Assembly (NCBI GenBank): GCA_902793555.1
Contig: CADBEF010000008.1
Location: 420 to 64,419, forward strand
From: an uncultured bacterium
GTDB lineage: Bacteria > Verrucomicrobiota > Kiritimatiellia > RFP12 > UBA3636
Direction of reading: 5' to 3'
Length of the DNA stretch: 64,000 nt
The notes under the pieces were generated by a model. That model was not told where the DNA came from. It saw only the letters and a list, made by a program, of their open reading frames with translations, and searched no databases. Position numbers and translations under genes: made by a program. Positions 38,494 to 47,623 of the stretch are shown here, piece after piece; position 1 is the first letter of the stretch; every line of letters begins with the position of its first letter.

Positions 38494-39933
38494 CCCTCCC
38501 CGCTCTCCCCCGCCTACTACGACCGCTGGAACGCCGACGAACAGGCGCGCATCGACGCGGACATCGAGAAATACCGCAAGGCCGACGCGACCGTCGCGCT
38601 CGGTGCCCCCGCCGGCGCCGAGGTGACGGTCGAACAGACCACGCACGCGTTCCGCTTCGGCGCGCACACGTTCAACTTCGACCAGCTCGGCTCGCACGAG
38701 CGCAACGAGCGCTACAAGGCGCTCTGGAACGGCGCCTTCGCCGACGGCGCGCTCTTCAACTCCGGCACCATCGCGTTCTACTGGCGCCCGTTCGAGCCCG
38801 TCGAGGGCAAGATGCGCTTCGACCCCGCCCCCGAGGACTCGGAGGACTGGTGGAACGCCTGCCCCGACCCGAAGGAGCAGCGCTTCTGGCGCCGCCCGCC
38901 GAGCGAGCCCGTCGTGCGCTTCCTGGAGGACAAGGGCGCCTGGCGCCACGGCCACCCGCTCGTCTGGTCCAACCACGAATGGCACTATCCGGACTGGCTC
39001 ATGGCGAAGCTCCCCAAGGAGATCATGGCCGAGATGCTCACGGACGACCGTTCCGGCGTCTCGATCATGAAGCAGCCGATGGAGACGGTCCTCAAGCGGC
39101 TCCCCGCGGACTTCCCCGCCCAGGTCGAGTCCGCGCACCGCCGCCGCATCGAGGCCATCGCCGCGCGCTACGCCGACCGCGTGGACAGCTGGGACGTCTG
39201 CAACGAGAGCGCGAACGACTGGACCGCCGGCCGGCTCGTCCGCGGCGCCCCGCTCTCCCGCAGCTACCGCTTCTCGTGGCTGCCCGGCGACTACTGCCAC
39301 TGGGCCTTCCGCGAGTGCATGCGCCTCTTCCCCGCGAAGAGCGTCCTCTCGATCAACGACTACCAGCTCGACGCCGACTACGCCGAGCAGACGCGCGACC
39401 AGCTCGCCCGCGGCGACAAGATCGACCTGCAGGGCATGCAGATGCACCTGTTCAACCCCGCGGACTGCGAGGCGATCGCGCAGGGGAAGATCGAGCTGCG
39501 CTCGCCGGCGCACGTCCGCTCGCAGATCGCCGCCGCGCACGCGCGCCCCGGCCTGCCGATCCACCTCTCCGAGATCACGATCTCCGCGCCCGGCGGCGAC
39601 GAGCGCGGCGAGGTCGTCCAGGCCGAGATCGCCCGCAACCTCTACCGCCTGTGGTTCTCGCTGCCGGACATGGTGGCCATCACCTGGTGGAACGTCGTCG
39701 ACGACTGCGGCGCGCCCGGCGAGCCGTCCGTCTCGGGGCTCTTCCGCCGCGACATGACGCCGAAGAAGGCCTTCTTCGCGCTCGACCGCCTGATCAACGA
39801 CGAGTGGCGCACGCGCCTCACGGCGAAGGCCGACGCCACCGGCGCCGTCGCCTTCCGCGGCTTCCGCGGCTCCTACCGCCTCTCCTGGCGCGACGCCTCC
39901 GGCGCGTCCTGCGAAGCAACCACATCCATCTAG
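38491..39933 (+). CDS. GH10-like glycoside hydrolase (clan GH-A), xylanase-type motifs
   Basis: 'WDVCNE' (catalytic acid motif WDVVNE-like) and 'HLSEITISA' (nucleophile ITE-like). No signal peptide. Confidence 0.7.
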   Translation: MPSPLSPAYYDRWNADEQARIDADIEKYRKADATVALGAPAGAEVTVEQTTHAFRFGAHTFNFDQLGSHERNERYKALWNGAFADGALFNSGTIAFYWRPFEPVEGKMRFDPAPEDSEDWWNACPDPKEQRFWRRPPSEPVVRFLEDKGAWRHGHPLVWSNHEWHYPDWLMAKLPKEIMAEMLTDDRSGVSIMKQPMETVLKRLPADFPAQVESAHRRRIEAIAARYADRVDSWDVCNESANDWTAGRLVRGAPLSRSYRFSWLPGDYCHWAFRECMRLFPAKSVLSINDYQLDADYAEQTRDQLARGDKIDLQGMQMHLFNPADCEAIAQGKIELRSPAHVRSQIAAAHARPGLPIHLSEITISAPGGDERGEVVQAEIARNLYRLWFSLPDMVAITWWNVVDDCGAPGEPSVSGLFRRDMTPKKAFFALDRLINDEWRTRLTAKADATGAVAFRGFRGSYRLSWRDASGASCEATTSI

Positions 39934-39975
39934 ACCAACCCGACCATCAAGACCATCTAGACCATCTAGACCATG
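39934..39975 (+). repeat. Leader repeat (ccgaccatc aagaccatc tagaccatc tagaccATG) ending in the GH2 start codon
   Basis: Same 9-bp family. Contains in-frame TAG codons, so it is not translated from upstream. Confidence 0.9.
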
Positions 39976-41649
39976 GACCCTCTTTCCCTGAACGGCTCCT
40001 GGGCCTTCCGATTCGAGGAGGGCGCCCTCCTCGCCGACGCCGCCCGCCCCGACTTCGAGCCCGCCTGCACGATCGCCGTGCCCGCGTGCTTCGATACGCT
40101 CCCGGACTGGTACCTCCGGCGAGGCGTCGGCCTCTACCGGCGCACGTTCCGCCTCGACCGCGACGTCCCCGCCGCGTGGCTCCGCGTGGACGGGATGGGG
40201 CTCGTCGGAGCCTTCTGGATCGACGGCCGCCCGATCGGCGAAAGCGCCCTCCCCTACTCCACCCTGCGCATCCCGACCGGACCGCTCGCCGCCGGCGAGC
40301 ACGTGCTCGCCGCCGCGCTCGGCAACCGGCTCGACGAGCCGCGCCTCGCGCTCGCCAAGCCCTACTACGACTTCTACCTCCACGGCGGCTTCTACCACGG
40401 CGTCTCGCTCGTCTTCGACGACCGGTCCCTCCGAGTCCGCACGCGCGACATCCGCGACGGCACCGTCGAGATCGAGGTCGTGAACGTCCCGAAGCCCGAC
40501 TTCGGCGCGACGCTTCTCTTCGACGGCCGCAACGCCGTCTCCGCGTCCTTCCGCGGCGGCCGCGCGACCGTCCGCGTCCCGGACTTCCGCCTCTGGTCAC
40601 CGAATTCTCCGAACCTCCACACCGTGGAGCTTGTCGACCATCCCGACCATCCAGACCATCCGACCATCCAGACCAAGTTCGGCATCCGCGCCATCGAGGC
40701 CCGCGCCGGCCGCATCCTCCTCAACGGCGAGCCGATCTTCCTCAAGGGCGCGAACCGCCACGAGGCGCACCCGACCTTCGGCGCGGCGACGCCCGAGGCG
40801 GTGATGCTCGCCGACATCCAGAACCTCAAGGCGCTCGGCGCGAACTTCGTCCGCGGCGCGCACTACCCGCAGGCGGAGCGCTTCCTGGACCTCTGCGACG
40901 AGAACGGCCTCCTCGTCTGGGAGGAGACGCTCGGCTGGGGCAACGGCACGCCGTGGAACGACCCCGCGAAGAAGGAGTTCGCGAACCCCGACTTCCTCGC
41001 GGACAACCTCGCACAGGCGCGGCTGATGGTCGAAAAGTCGTTCAACCACCCGTCCGTGGTCCTCTTCGGCTTCCTCAACGAGTTCGCGAGCGACACGCCC
41101 GACGGCAAGGCCGTCGCCGACCGGATCGTCGCGCAGATCCGCTCCTACGACTCCGGCCGGCTCGTCACCTTCGCGTGCAACCACAACGCGAGCGACATCG
41201 CCAACGAGGCCACGGACGTCGTCTCCTTCAACACCTACCCGGGCTGGATCGGTTCGCAGCCCGGCACGCCGGAGCATCTGCAGGAACTGATGGAGAAGGA
41301 CCTCGCGGGCATCGTCGCGTACTTCCGCTCGAAGTGGCCGGGCAAGCCCATCCTCGTCTCCGAAATGGGCGCGTGCGGCGAATACGGCCGCCACGACGCG
41401 GCCGCGGCGCAGTGGACCGAGGAGTTCGAGGCCGAGTACCTCGCGGACGCCGCGCGCGCCGTCGCCGCGCGTCCGGAGATCTGCGGCTTCACGATCTGGC
41501 AGCTCGCCGACTGCCGCAGCTTCCACCGCGGCGGCGCGGACGTCCGCTGCAAGCCCTTCGCGGAGAACCTCGCCGGGATCTACGACGGCTACCGCCGCCC
41601 GAAGCTCCCCGTCGTCGCCGCCGTCAAGGCCGCCTTTCGTGCCGGCTAG
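39973..41649 (+). CDS. GH2-family glycoside hydrolase (beta-glucuronidase/beta-galactosidase/beta-mannosidase-like)
   Basis: 'LKGANRHE', 'NHPSVVLFGFLNE' (acid/base) and 'ILVSEMGA' (nucleophile). Contains the in-frame DHP repeat insert at 40636-40672. Confidence 0.85.
   Translation: MDPLSLNGSWAFRFEEGALLADAARPDFEPACTIAVPACFDTLPDWYLRRGVGLYRRTFRLDRDVPAAWLRVDGMGLVGAFWIDGRPIGESALPYSTLRIPTGPLAAGEHVLAAALGNRLDEPRLALAKPYYDFYLHGGFYHGVSLVFDDRSLRVRTRDIRDGTVEIEVVNVPKPDFGATLLFDGRNAVSASFRGGRATVRVPDFRLWSPNSPNLHTVELVDHPDHPDHPTIQTKFGIRAIEARAGRILLNGEPIFLKGANRHEAHPTFGAATPEAVMLADIQNLKALGANFVRGAHYPQAERFLDLCDENGLLVWEETLGWGNGTPWNDPAKKEFANPDFLADNLAQARLMVEKSFNHPSVVLFGFLNEFASDTPDGKAVADRIVAQIRSYDSGRLVTFACNHNASDIANEATDVVSFNTYPGWIGSQPGTPEHLQELMEKDLAGIVAYFRSKWPGKPILVSEMGACGEYGRHDAAAAQWTEEFEAEYLADAARAVAARPEICGFTIWQLADCRSFHRGGADVRCKPFAENLAGIYDGYRRPKLPVVAAVKAAFRAG
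40636..40672 (+). repeat. In-frame intragenic copy of the GACCATCCN 9-bp repeat, encoding 'DHPDHPDHPT' in a GH2 inter-domain loop
   Basis: gtcgaccatcccgaccatccagaccatccgaccatccag. The same DNA unit forms the upstream leaders. Confidence 0.9.
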
Positions 41650-44600
41650 GGGGCGGGATCGAAGCGGAAGGCGCCCCACAGGCGCGGCTCCACGCCGGCC
41701 TGCGAGGGGCGGTCGCTCATGAGCGAGGTGGCCTTGTTGCTCCAGTAGTCGCGGCGCACCGCCGTGGCGCCGGCGGGGTCGCCGTTCACGCGGCCCACGT
41801 CGGCGCGCGTCTCCGCGGGCGCCTTCTTCCAGCCGAGCACTTCGAAGGGGATCACCGCGCGCACGGTCCAGAGCCCGCCCTTCTCGATCCAGGTCGTCAC
41901 GCGCGGCTCCACCGCAACCGAGGAGGCGGCAATCTTCCCGACCGGCGACTCGAAGACATGGCGCGCGCAGGGCGGCGTGGAGGGGTTGTCGTAGTCGTAC
42001 TTCACGCACACGGCCTTGCCGCCCATCTCGGCGAAGAGCAGGCGGACGTCGCCGCGCGCGGGGCCCTTGCGCGCGGGGTCGGCCTTCTTCGCGGTCTGTA
42101 GCATGAGGTCCCACGCGCCGCCCGTCTCGAAGAGCGTGGCGGGGTCCGTCCCCTTGTTCGCCATCGAGGAGCCGTTCGGGCGGCAGGTGTAGGCGAAGTA
42201 GAGGTTCGCGCCGTCGTGCTGCAGGCGGAAGAGGTCGCCGTTCGGGCCCTTCTCGAGAACGCCCACGTCCCACACGGCCTTCGGCGGACGGCCGTTCGCG
42301 TCGAGCGTCTGGCGCGGCATCGAGCGGATCTGCAGCGTCGGGCGCGTGCCGGCGGCGGCCTCGCGGTCGGCCTTGCGGCGCGCGTCCTCGGCGAGCGTCC
42401 TGGCGGTCACGCGGAAGCGGCCGGGACGGAGGCGGCGCGCCTTCTCGAGGCCGCCGATCTCGATGATGGAGGCGTGGGTCTTGCCGCACACCATCGCGAG
42501 GGCGTCGCGGCCGTCGAACTTCGTGCGCTGGAACTCGCCGAGGAAGTGCTCGTCCTGCATCGAGGTCCTCTTGAGCGTGTCGGAGTCCGGGATCTCGGGC
42601 TGCGTCCACGGCAGGCCGCAGCGCTGGTCCTGCATGAGCTGCGCGAGGAAGATCCCGTCCGCGGTCATGAGGTAGGCGCAGCCGAGGTTGGAGTTGAAGC
42701 AGACGACCTCGCCGACGTCGTCGTTGAGGCGCACGGAGCCCCAGAAGCGCGTCGTTCCGATGAGCTCGCCGAGGCGGCGGCCGCTCTCGGTCGTATCGTG
42801 GCTGTCGTGCAGCGACGGCCAGCGGTTGCGGTAGCGGAAGAGGACCTTCCCGTCGGGCGCGATGGACATGAGCGGCTTGGAGAGCGTGAGGATGTTGCCC
42901 GCTTCGTCGACCAGATGCGAGCTTGCGAAGCGCCCTTGGTGGTGCGCGGCGACGAACGGCGGGTGGAGCGGTTCGCCGAGGTGCCCGTAGACGGGATACC
43001 CCTTGTCGGTGAAGCGCACGGGGGTGAACTTCACGATGCCGTTGCCGTCGCAGCCGAACGCGATCTCGAAGTTCTCGTTCACGCGGTTCACCCAGCCCGT
43101 GCCGAGTCCCGTGACGTGCTCGTCGATCACGCACTCGTCCTCGGTCATCGCGCCGTCGTCGTTGAGGTCGGTCCACGAGAACGAGACCTTCTTCCCCTTG
43201 TATTCGGGCAGGTTGAAGCCGAGGAAGTCGCCGTTGCCCCACGCGGCGACGGCGCGCGCGTGGCCGTCCTCGTAGACGTAGAGGACGTTGCCGCCGTTGC
43301 CCATCACGTTCTGCTGGTCCGTGAACCAGAGCCTCCCGCGGGCACGAAAGGCGTAGGTCGGCGTGCCGCCCCACGGGCCGCACGGGGGCGTGCGCGGACG
43401 GAAGAAGATGCGCGCCGGGCGGTACTTGCCGTCCGGGCCGCGGTGCAGCTCCAGGTAGCCCCAGAACGCGCGGTCGGCGTCGTCCGGGTCGATCGTCCCG
43501 CCGCCGCCGTAGTTCGTGGGCCCGACGACCGACTTCTCGCAGTGCCCGGTGTCGACGTTCCACACGCCGACGCGCTTGGGCTGCTGGCTCTGCTCGCAGA
43601 TCCAGAGGCGGCCGTCCGGGCCGAACTCGATGCCGAACGGGTCCTCGAGCGTGTCCTCGTCCCACGGCCCGACCGGCCGCCGCCCGCCCTTGCCGAGCGT
43701 GCGGAGCGGCTTCGCGTCGGGACCGTAGACGGTCACGACGTGCCGCCCGCAGTCGCCGACCGCGAAGACGCCGTCCTCGCGGATCGCGAGGCCGCCGGGG
43801 TTTTCCGCGGCGTCGCGCAGGACGGTCTCGACCGCCTTCGTGGCGGGGTTCACGCGCACGACGTCCTTGTCGCTCCAGAGCAGGAGCTTCTTGTCCGGGG
43901 TGCGGCGGATCTGGCCGGCCTTCGGGACAGGGATGGTGTCGATCGGCTTGTCCACGACGGCGCCGGGCGCCTCGGAGAAGTCCCAGACCTGGATCTCGTC
44001 GTCCTTCGTGAAGTACGCGCGGCCGTCGATTACGGCGAAGGAGTTGCCCGCGGCCTTCGTGTTCACGTTGGCCGTCGCGTTCGAGCGCGAGTCGACCTTG
44101 CGCACGCCGTTCTTGAAGCCGTAGTAGAAGTCGCCGTCGGACGCGGACGTGAACGGCGTGTTGAACACCCACTGGCGCGTGCCCCAGAGCTTGTTCAGGT
44201 CCTTGTCGCACTTGATGAGCCCGTGCGCGGCCTCGCACATCGCGGTGATGTACATGAACTCGCCGACGCGGACGATGGACTTGGGCGCGAAGTGGTCGGC
44301 CGTCCACCCGCCGGTGCCGGCGGGCGTGTGCCAGGGCGTGGCGCCGTCGGGCAGCGGCGTCGGGTAGAAGCAACCCCGCCACGTCAGCGTGTGCTCGGGG
44401 ACCCAAACCGCCTTGTAGGTGTATTCGCCCTCGGGCGCGCGGGCGCCGTCGTCCGGGCCGGTGAGGTCCCAGTCCACGTACTGCCGCCCCTTTTCGAGCG
44501 GCTCGGGGCTGATCGCGTTGCCGACCACCTCGCCGGCCGCGTTGCGGATCTGGAGCGAGACGTAGCCGCGCTCCGGCACCTCGACCGGGATGTCGATCGC

Positions 44601-44744
44601 GCCGGCGGCGAGCGCCGCGAGCGCGAAGAGGGGGGCGAGGAAGCGGCCCCGCCCGAGCTGCGCGGGGCTGCCGCCCCGCTCCGCCGGCCGGGCGGGGCCG
44701 GGGACTGCGGACGGGTAGGAGCGAGGATGGGTTTTTGAGTTCAT
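41646..44744 (-). CDS. Secreted protein of unknown function (1032 aa), paralog of 54932-58555
   Basis: Internal signal-like 'FLAPLFALAALAAGA' after a 33-aa N-terminal extension. Shared C-terminal region with the 54932 protein ('GANLYF...DLMLQ...' versus 'NLYAMGDTVDFQL...'). Stop overlaps the GH2 stop (CTAG). Confidence 0.7.
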   Translation of the reverse strand: MNSKTHPRSYPSAVPGPARPAERGGSPAQLGRGRFLAPLFALAALAAGAIDIPVEVPERGYVSLQIRNAAGEVVGNAISPEPLEKGRQYVDWDLTGPDDGARAPEGEYTYKAVWVPEHTLTWRGCFYPTPLPDGATPWHTPAGTGGWTADHFAPKSIVRVGEFMYITAMCEAAHGLIKCDKDLNKLWGTRQWVFNTPFTSASDGDFYYGFKNGVRKVDSRSNATANVNTKAAGNSFAVIDGRAYFTKDDEIQVWDFSEAPGAVVDKPIDTIPVPKAGQIRRTPDKKLLLWSDKDVVRVNPATKAVETVLRDAAENPGGLAIREDGVFAVGDCGRHVVTVYGPDAKPLRTLGKGGRRPVGPWDEDTLEDPFGIEFGPDGRLWICEQSQQPKRVGVWNVDTGHCEKSVVGPTNYGGGGTIDPDDADRAFWGYLELHRGPDGKYRPARIFFRPRTPPCGPWGGTPTYAFRARGRLWFTDQQNVMGNGGNVLYVYEDGHARAVAAWGNGDFLGFNLPEYKGKKVSFSWTDLNDDGAMTEDECVIDEHVTGLGTGWVNRVNENFEIAFGCDGNGIVKFTPVRFTDKGYPVYGHLGEPLHPPFVAAHHQGRFASSHLVDEAGNILTLSKPLMSIAPDGKVLFRYRNRWPSLHDSHDTTESGRRLGELIGTTRFWGSVRLNDDVGEVVCFNSNLGCAYLMTADGIFLAQLMQDQRCGLPWTQPEIPDSDTLKRTSMQDEHFLGEFQRTKFDGRDALAMVCGKTHASIIEIGGLEKARRLRPGRFRVTARTLAEDARRKADREAAAGTRPTLQIRSMPRQTLDANGRPPKAVWDVGVLEKGPNGDLFRLQHDGANLYFAYTCRPNGSSMANKGTDPATLFETGGAWDLMLQTAKKADPARKGPARGDVRLLFAEMGGKAVCVKYDYDNPSTPPCARHVFESPVGKIAASSVAVEPRVTTWIEKGGLWTVRAVIPFEVLGWKKAPAETRADVGRVNGDPAGATAVRRDYWSNKATSLMSDRPSQAGVEPRLWGAFRFDPAP
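44652..44700 (+). repeat. Copy 1 of the ~45-bp palindromic element (cgagctgcgcggggc-tgcc-gccccgctccgccggccgggcgggg)
   Basis: Inverted repeat GCGGGGC/GCCCCGC. Lies inside the first ~95 nt of the minus-strand gene 44744. Confidence 0.8.
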
Positions 44745-44793
44745 CGTCGGATGCGTTTTGTTGCAGTGATTTCAAGCGCCCGGCGCGGCGGCG

Positions 44794-47553
44794 TCAGCCG
44801 CGCAGTTCGGGCCCGACCTGCCGCGGCGTCGGCGGCGGGCCCTCGAGGTACTCGATCTCGCACTCGTTCGCGCCGTCGTCGCGGACCGTGCAGCCTTCGC
44901 CGAGCCACGCGCGGCGGAAGATGAAGTGTCGGCAACCCCTGAGGTCGAAGTCCGTGTCCGTCCACGTGCCGCCCTCGAACATCGCGCCGTCGGCGAGCCT
45001 CACCGCGAGCCGCCCGCCGGGCGGCGGCGCGAACTTCGCTCCCTGGTCGGCCAGGAAGACCTGGCCGGGCCCGAGCTCGATCGCGCCGCGCAGCACCACG
45101 GTCTTCTCGCCCTCGTTCACGAAGACGGCGCCGTGCTCCGCGAGCGAGGCGCGGATCTCCGCCTCGGCCTCGGGGCGTCCCTCCGGCACGACCGGGTACT
45201 CGCACCCGCGGCCGTAGGAGAGCTCCACGTCGCGCAGCGCGTCGGCGACGCGCCGCTCGCGCTCGTGGCGCGCCGCGGTTTCCGCGTCGGGACTGCCCTT
45301 CGCGAGCGAGACCACGCGCCGCAGCTGCGCCATCTGCACGGGGTTGCAGTACCCGAGTTCGTGCACGAAGCCCACGTCGAAGCACACGCTCGCGCCGAGC
45401 GGCAGCACGCGCCGGAGCCAGTCGACCCAGACGTCGTCCGTGTGCCGCACGTCGGTCCAGCCCCACATGCCGCCCAGATAGGTGAGCGAGAACCACTGGC
45501 GGCCGAGCGCCTCGCGGCCGTCGCACGGCAGGCGCATCGGGTTCGTGGACTCGCCGGCGGTGAAGTCGCAGCCGGCCCACACGTCGTGGCGGGCCTCGCC
45601 GGGGCAGCGGAATTCATGGAAGAGCGTGCCGAGCTCGCGGCCCTCCTTGCGCTCCATGCCGAGCACCCAGCGGAAGCCGTGGTCGTAGTCGACGATCCGC
45701 TTCGCGAAGGCGCAGACCGCGTCCGGGTTGCCGCGACGCGCGGCGGCCCGGATCGCGAGTGTCTCGCGGTCGCCGGCGAAGCCGGGGCCGCCGGCGCCGT
45801 CGAACCACCAGGCGTGGACGTCGCGCCCGTAGCGCTCGCTCCATTCGCCGATCACCTCGCACCAGTTCGCGAGCCCCTCGGGCGTGTCGGTGCAGTCCGA
45901 GCGGCCGTCGAGGGAAGGGACGTACCCCATTCTCTCGCAGTCCTCCGGCGCGCGGGCGGGGGCGCGGCACGGCAGGTAGAGGCAGAACTTGATCCCCGTG
46001 CCGCGCAGCGCCTCGATCATCTCGCGAGGAAGGTCGCGTCCGTTGCAGGCCGCCGTGGCGATCCCGCGCTGCCGCCGCGTGATGCGCTCGTAGGTCGCGT
46101 TCGGGGCGATGTAGGTGCCGGCGTTCTGGCCGAGCGTGAGGAAGAAGTAGTCCACGCCGGCCGCGACGAGGTCGCGCTTCATCCGCTCCACGTCGAACTT
46201 GCGCGCCTCGCGGCTCGCGATGCCCGGCCAGTAGTGGACGAACGCGCCGACCTTGCCGGCCATCCAGTCGGTCTCCGGCGGCGGCGCGGGACGGTGCGCG
46301 CGCCGCGCCGCGCGGTTCTCCTCGAGGTAGGCGCCCGCGAGGGCGCCCCAGAAGAACTCGGAGACGTTCGGCGTGTCGTAGTCGTAGAAGAGGAGCGTCT
46401 TCTCGATCTCCTCCTCGTAGCACGGGTCGCCCGTCGCAGCGCAGATCGCCGCGGCGCAGAGCGGGTTCGTCATCGTGTGCCGCTCGAACCACTTGCGCAC
46501 GCCGAGCAGCTCCGTCCGCGGCGAGGCCGCGAACGAGACCGAGACGTCCTGGTCCGTGTGCGGATGCCACGGATAGCCCTCGCGCCAGTTGGCGTAGCGG
46601 AACTCGGCCTTTTTATTGTCGTATCCCGCGCGGTCGGCCATGAAGGGCGCGGTGCGCGCGGCGAAGTCGCGGAAGCCCGCGCGGTAGACCGCTCTCCACT
46701 CGGGGTCCTCCTCGAGGGCGATGAGATCCCGGAGCGCCATCGCGACGGAAACGTAGATCCAGTGTCCGTCCGTGCGCCCGGCCTTGTCCTTCTCGCAGTC
46801 GGCGAGCCCCTTCGCCATCCGGTCGCGCACGGCGGCGCGCTCGGAGCGGTAGAGCTCGAGCCAATGCGCGTCGCCCGTCATTTCGTGGAGGGCGCGCAGG
46901 GTGAAGAGGAACCGCGCAACCTCGTAGTACGGCAGGACGACGTCCCTGAGCCCGCCGCGGTTCTGCCCCTTGAAGAGGCCGTCGCACGGGCACCACCAGC
47001 CGTTGGCCTCGAGCGCGCGGGCGATCTCGGCGCAGCGCGCGGCGATCTTCGCCTGGAGCGCGGGCTCGGCGAATGGCGCGCGCCAGTAGCTCCAGAGGCC
47101 GATCAGCCACGGCGTGGTCTGGTCGTTGGAGCCGCAGGGCCAGTGCGAGCGGCCGTCCTCGAGCACGCAGCGCGCGATGAAGCCGGGCACGTCCGAGACC
47201 TCGGAGAGCTTGAGCAGGCCCTCGGCGAGGCGCTTCGCGAGCGCCGCGTCGCCGCGCTGCACCACGGCGGGCATCCACTGGCCGGTGAACATCGCGCCGT
47301 TCTCGACCGGCGTCCACCAGCCCATCGCGTTGGGAAACGCGCGCGCCGCCTCCTCGGGGGTCGGCATCGGGCCGACATAGTCGAGCAGCAGCCCGGGGCC
47401 GTAGACGAACTCTCGCGCGAGCCGCGCGTGGGCCTGGTCCATCGCCGAAGCGAGGGAGGCGTGACCGCCCGGGCCGAGCGGGGCACTTGCCCCGCTCGCC
47501 GGGCGGTCAGGACCGGGGGTGGAAGATGCTTTGGCCGGAGTTTTGGTTTTCAT
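44794..47553 (-). CDS. Putative two-domain glycoside hydrolase-like protein (six-hairpin-like N-region + TIM-barrel-like C-region), 919 aa
   Basis: Long protein-like ORF; family assignment uncertain ('AWWFDGAGG', 'DYFFLTLGQNAGTY'). In-frame alternative start at 47442 (MDQAHARL). Confidence 0.6.
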   Translation of the reverse strand: MKTKTPAKASSTPGPDRPASGASAPLGPGGHASLASAMDQAHARLAREFVYGPGLLLDYVGPMPTPEEAARAFPNAMGWWTPVENGAMFTGQWMPAVVQRGDAALAKRLAEGLLKLSEVSDVPGFIARCVLEDGRSHWPCGSNDQTTPWLIGLWSYWRAPFAEPALQAKIAARCAEIARALEANGWWCPCDGLFKGQNRGGLRDVVLPYYEVARFLFTLRALHEMTGDAHWLELYRSERAAVRDRMAKGLADCEKDKAGRTDGHWIYVSVAMALRDLIALEEDPEWRAVYRAGFRDFAARTAPFMADRAGYDNKKAEFRYANWREGYPWHPHTDQDVSVSFAASPRTELLGVRKWFERHTMTNPLCAAAICAATGDPCYEEEIEKTLLFYDYDTPNVSEFFWGALAGAYLEENRAARRAHRPAPPPETDWMAGKVGAFVHYWPGIASREARKFDVERMKRDLVAAGVDYFFLTLGQNAGTYIAPNATYERITRRQRGIATAACNGRDLPREMIEALRGTGIKFCLYLPCRAPARAPEDCERMGYVPSLDGRSDCTDTPEGLANWCEVIGEWSERYGRDVHAWWFDGAGGPGFAGDRETLAIRAAARRGNPDAVCAFAKRIVDYDHGFRWVLGMERKEGRELGTLFHEFRCPGEARHDVWAGCDFTAGESTNPMRLPCDGREALGRQWFSLTYLGGMWGWTDVRHTDDVWVDWLRRVLPLGASVCFDVGFVHELGYCNPVQMAQLRRVVSLAKGSPDAETAARHERERRVADALRDVELSYGRGCEYPVVPEGRPEAEAEIRASLAEHGAVFVNEGEKTVVLRGAIELGPGQVFLADQGAKFAPPPGGRLAVRLADGAMFEGGTWTDTDFDLRGCRHFIFRRAWLGEGCTVRDDGANECEIEYLEGPPPTPRQVGPELRG
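47476..47514 (+). repeat. Copy 2 of the palindromic element: perfect 9-bp inverted repeat gagcggggc-acttg-ccccgctc followed by gccgggcggtcaggacc
   Basis: Read directly from the sequence. Within the first 80 nt of minus-strand gene 47553. Confidence 0.9.
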
Positions 47554-47623
47554 CGCAGGGTTTTCTGAGACGGTGATCCTACGTGCCCGGTAAGCGGGAG
47601 TGTGGCCCCGCGCAACTCGGGCG

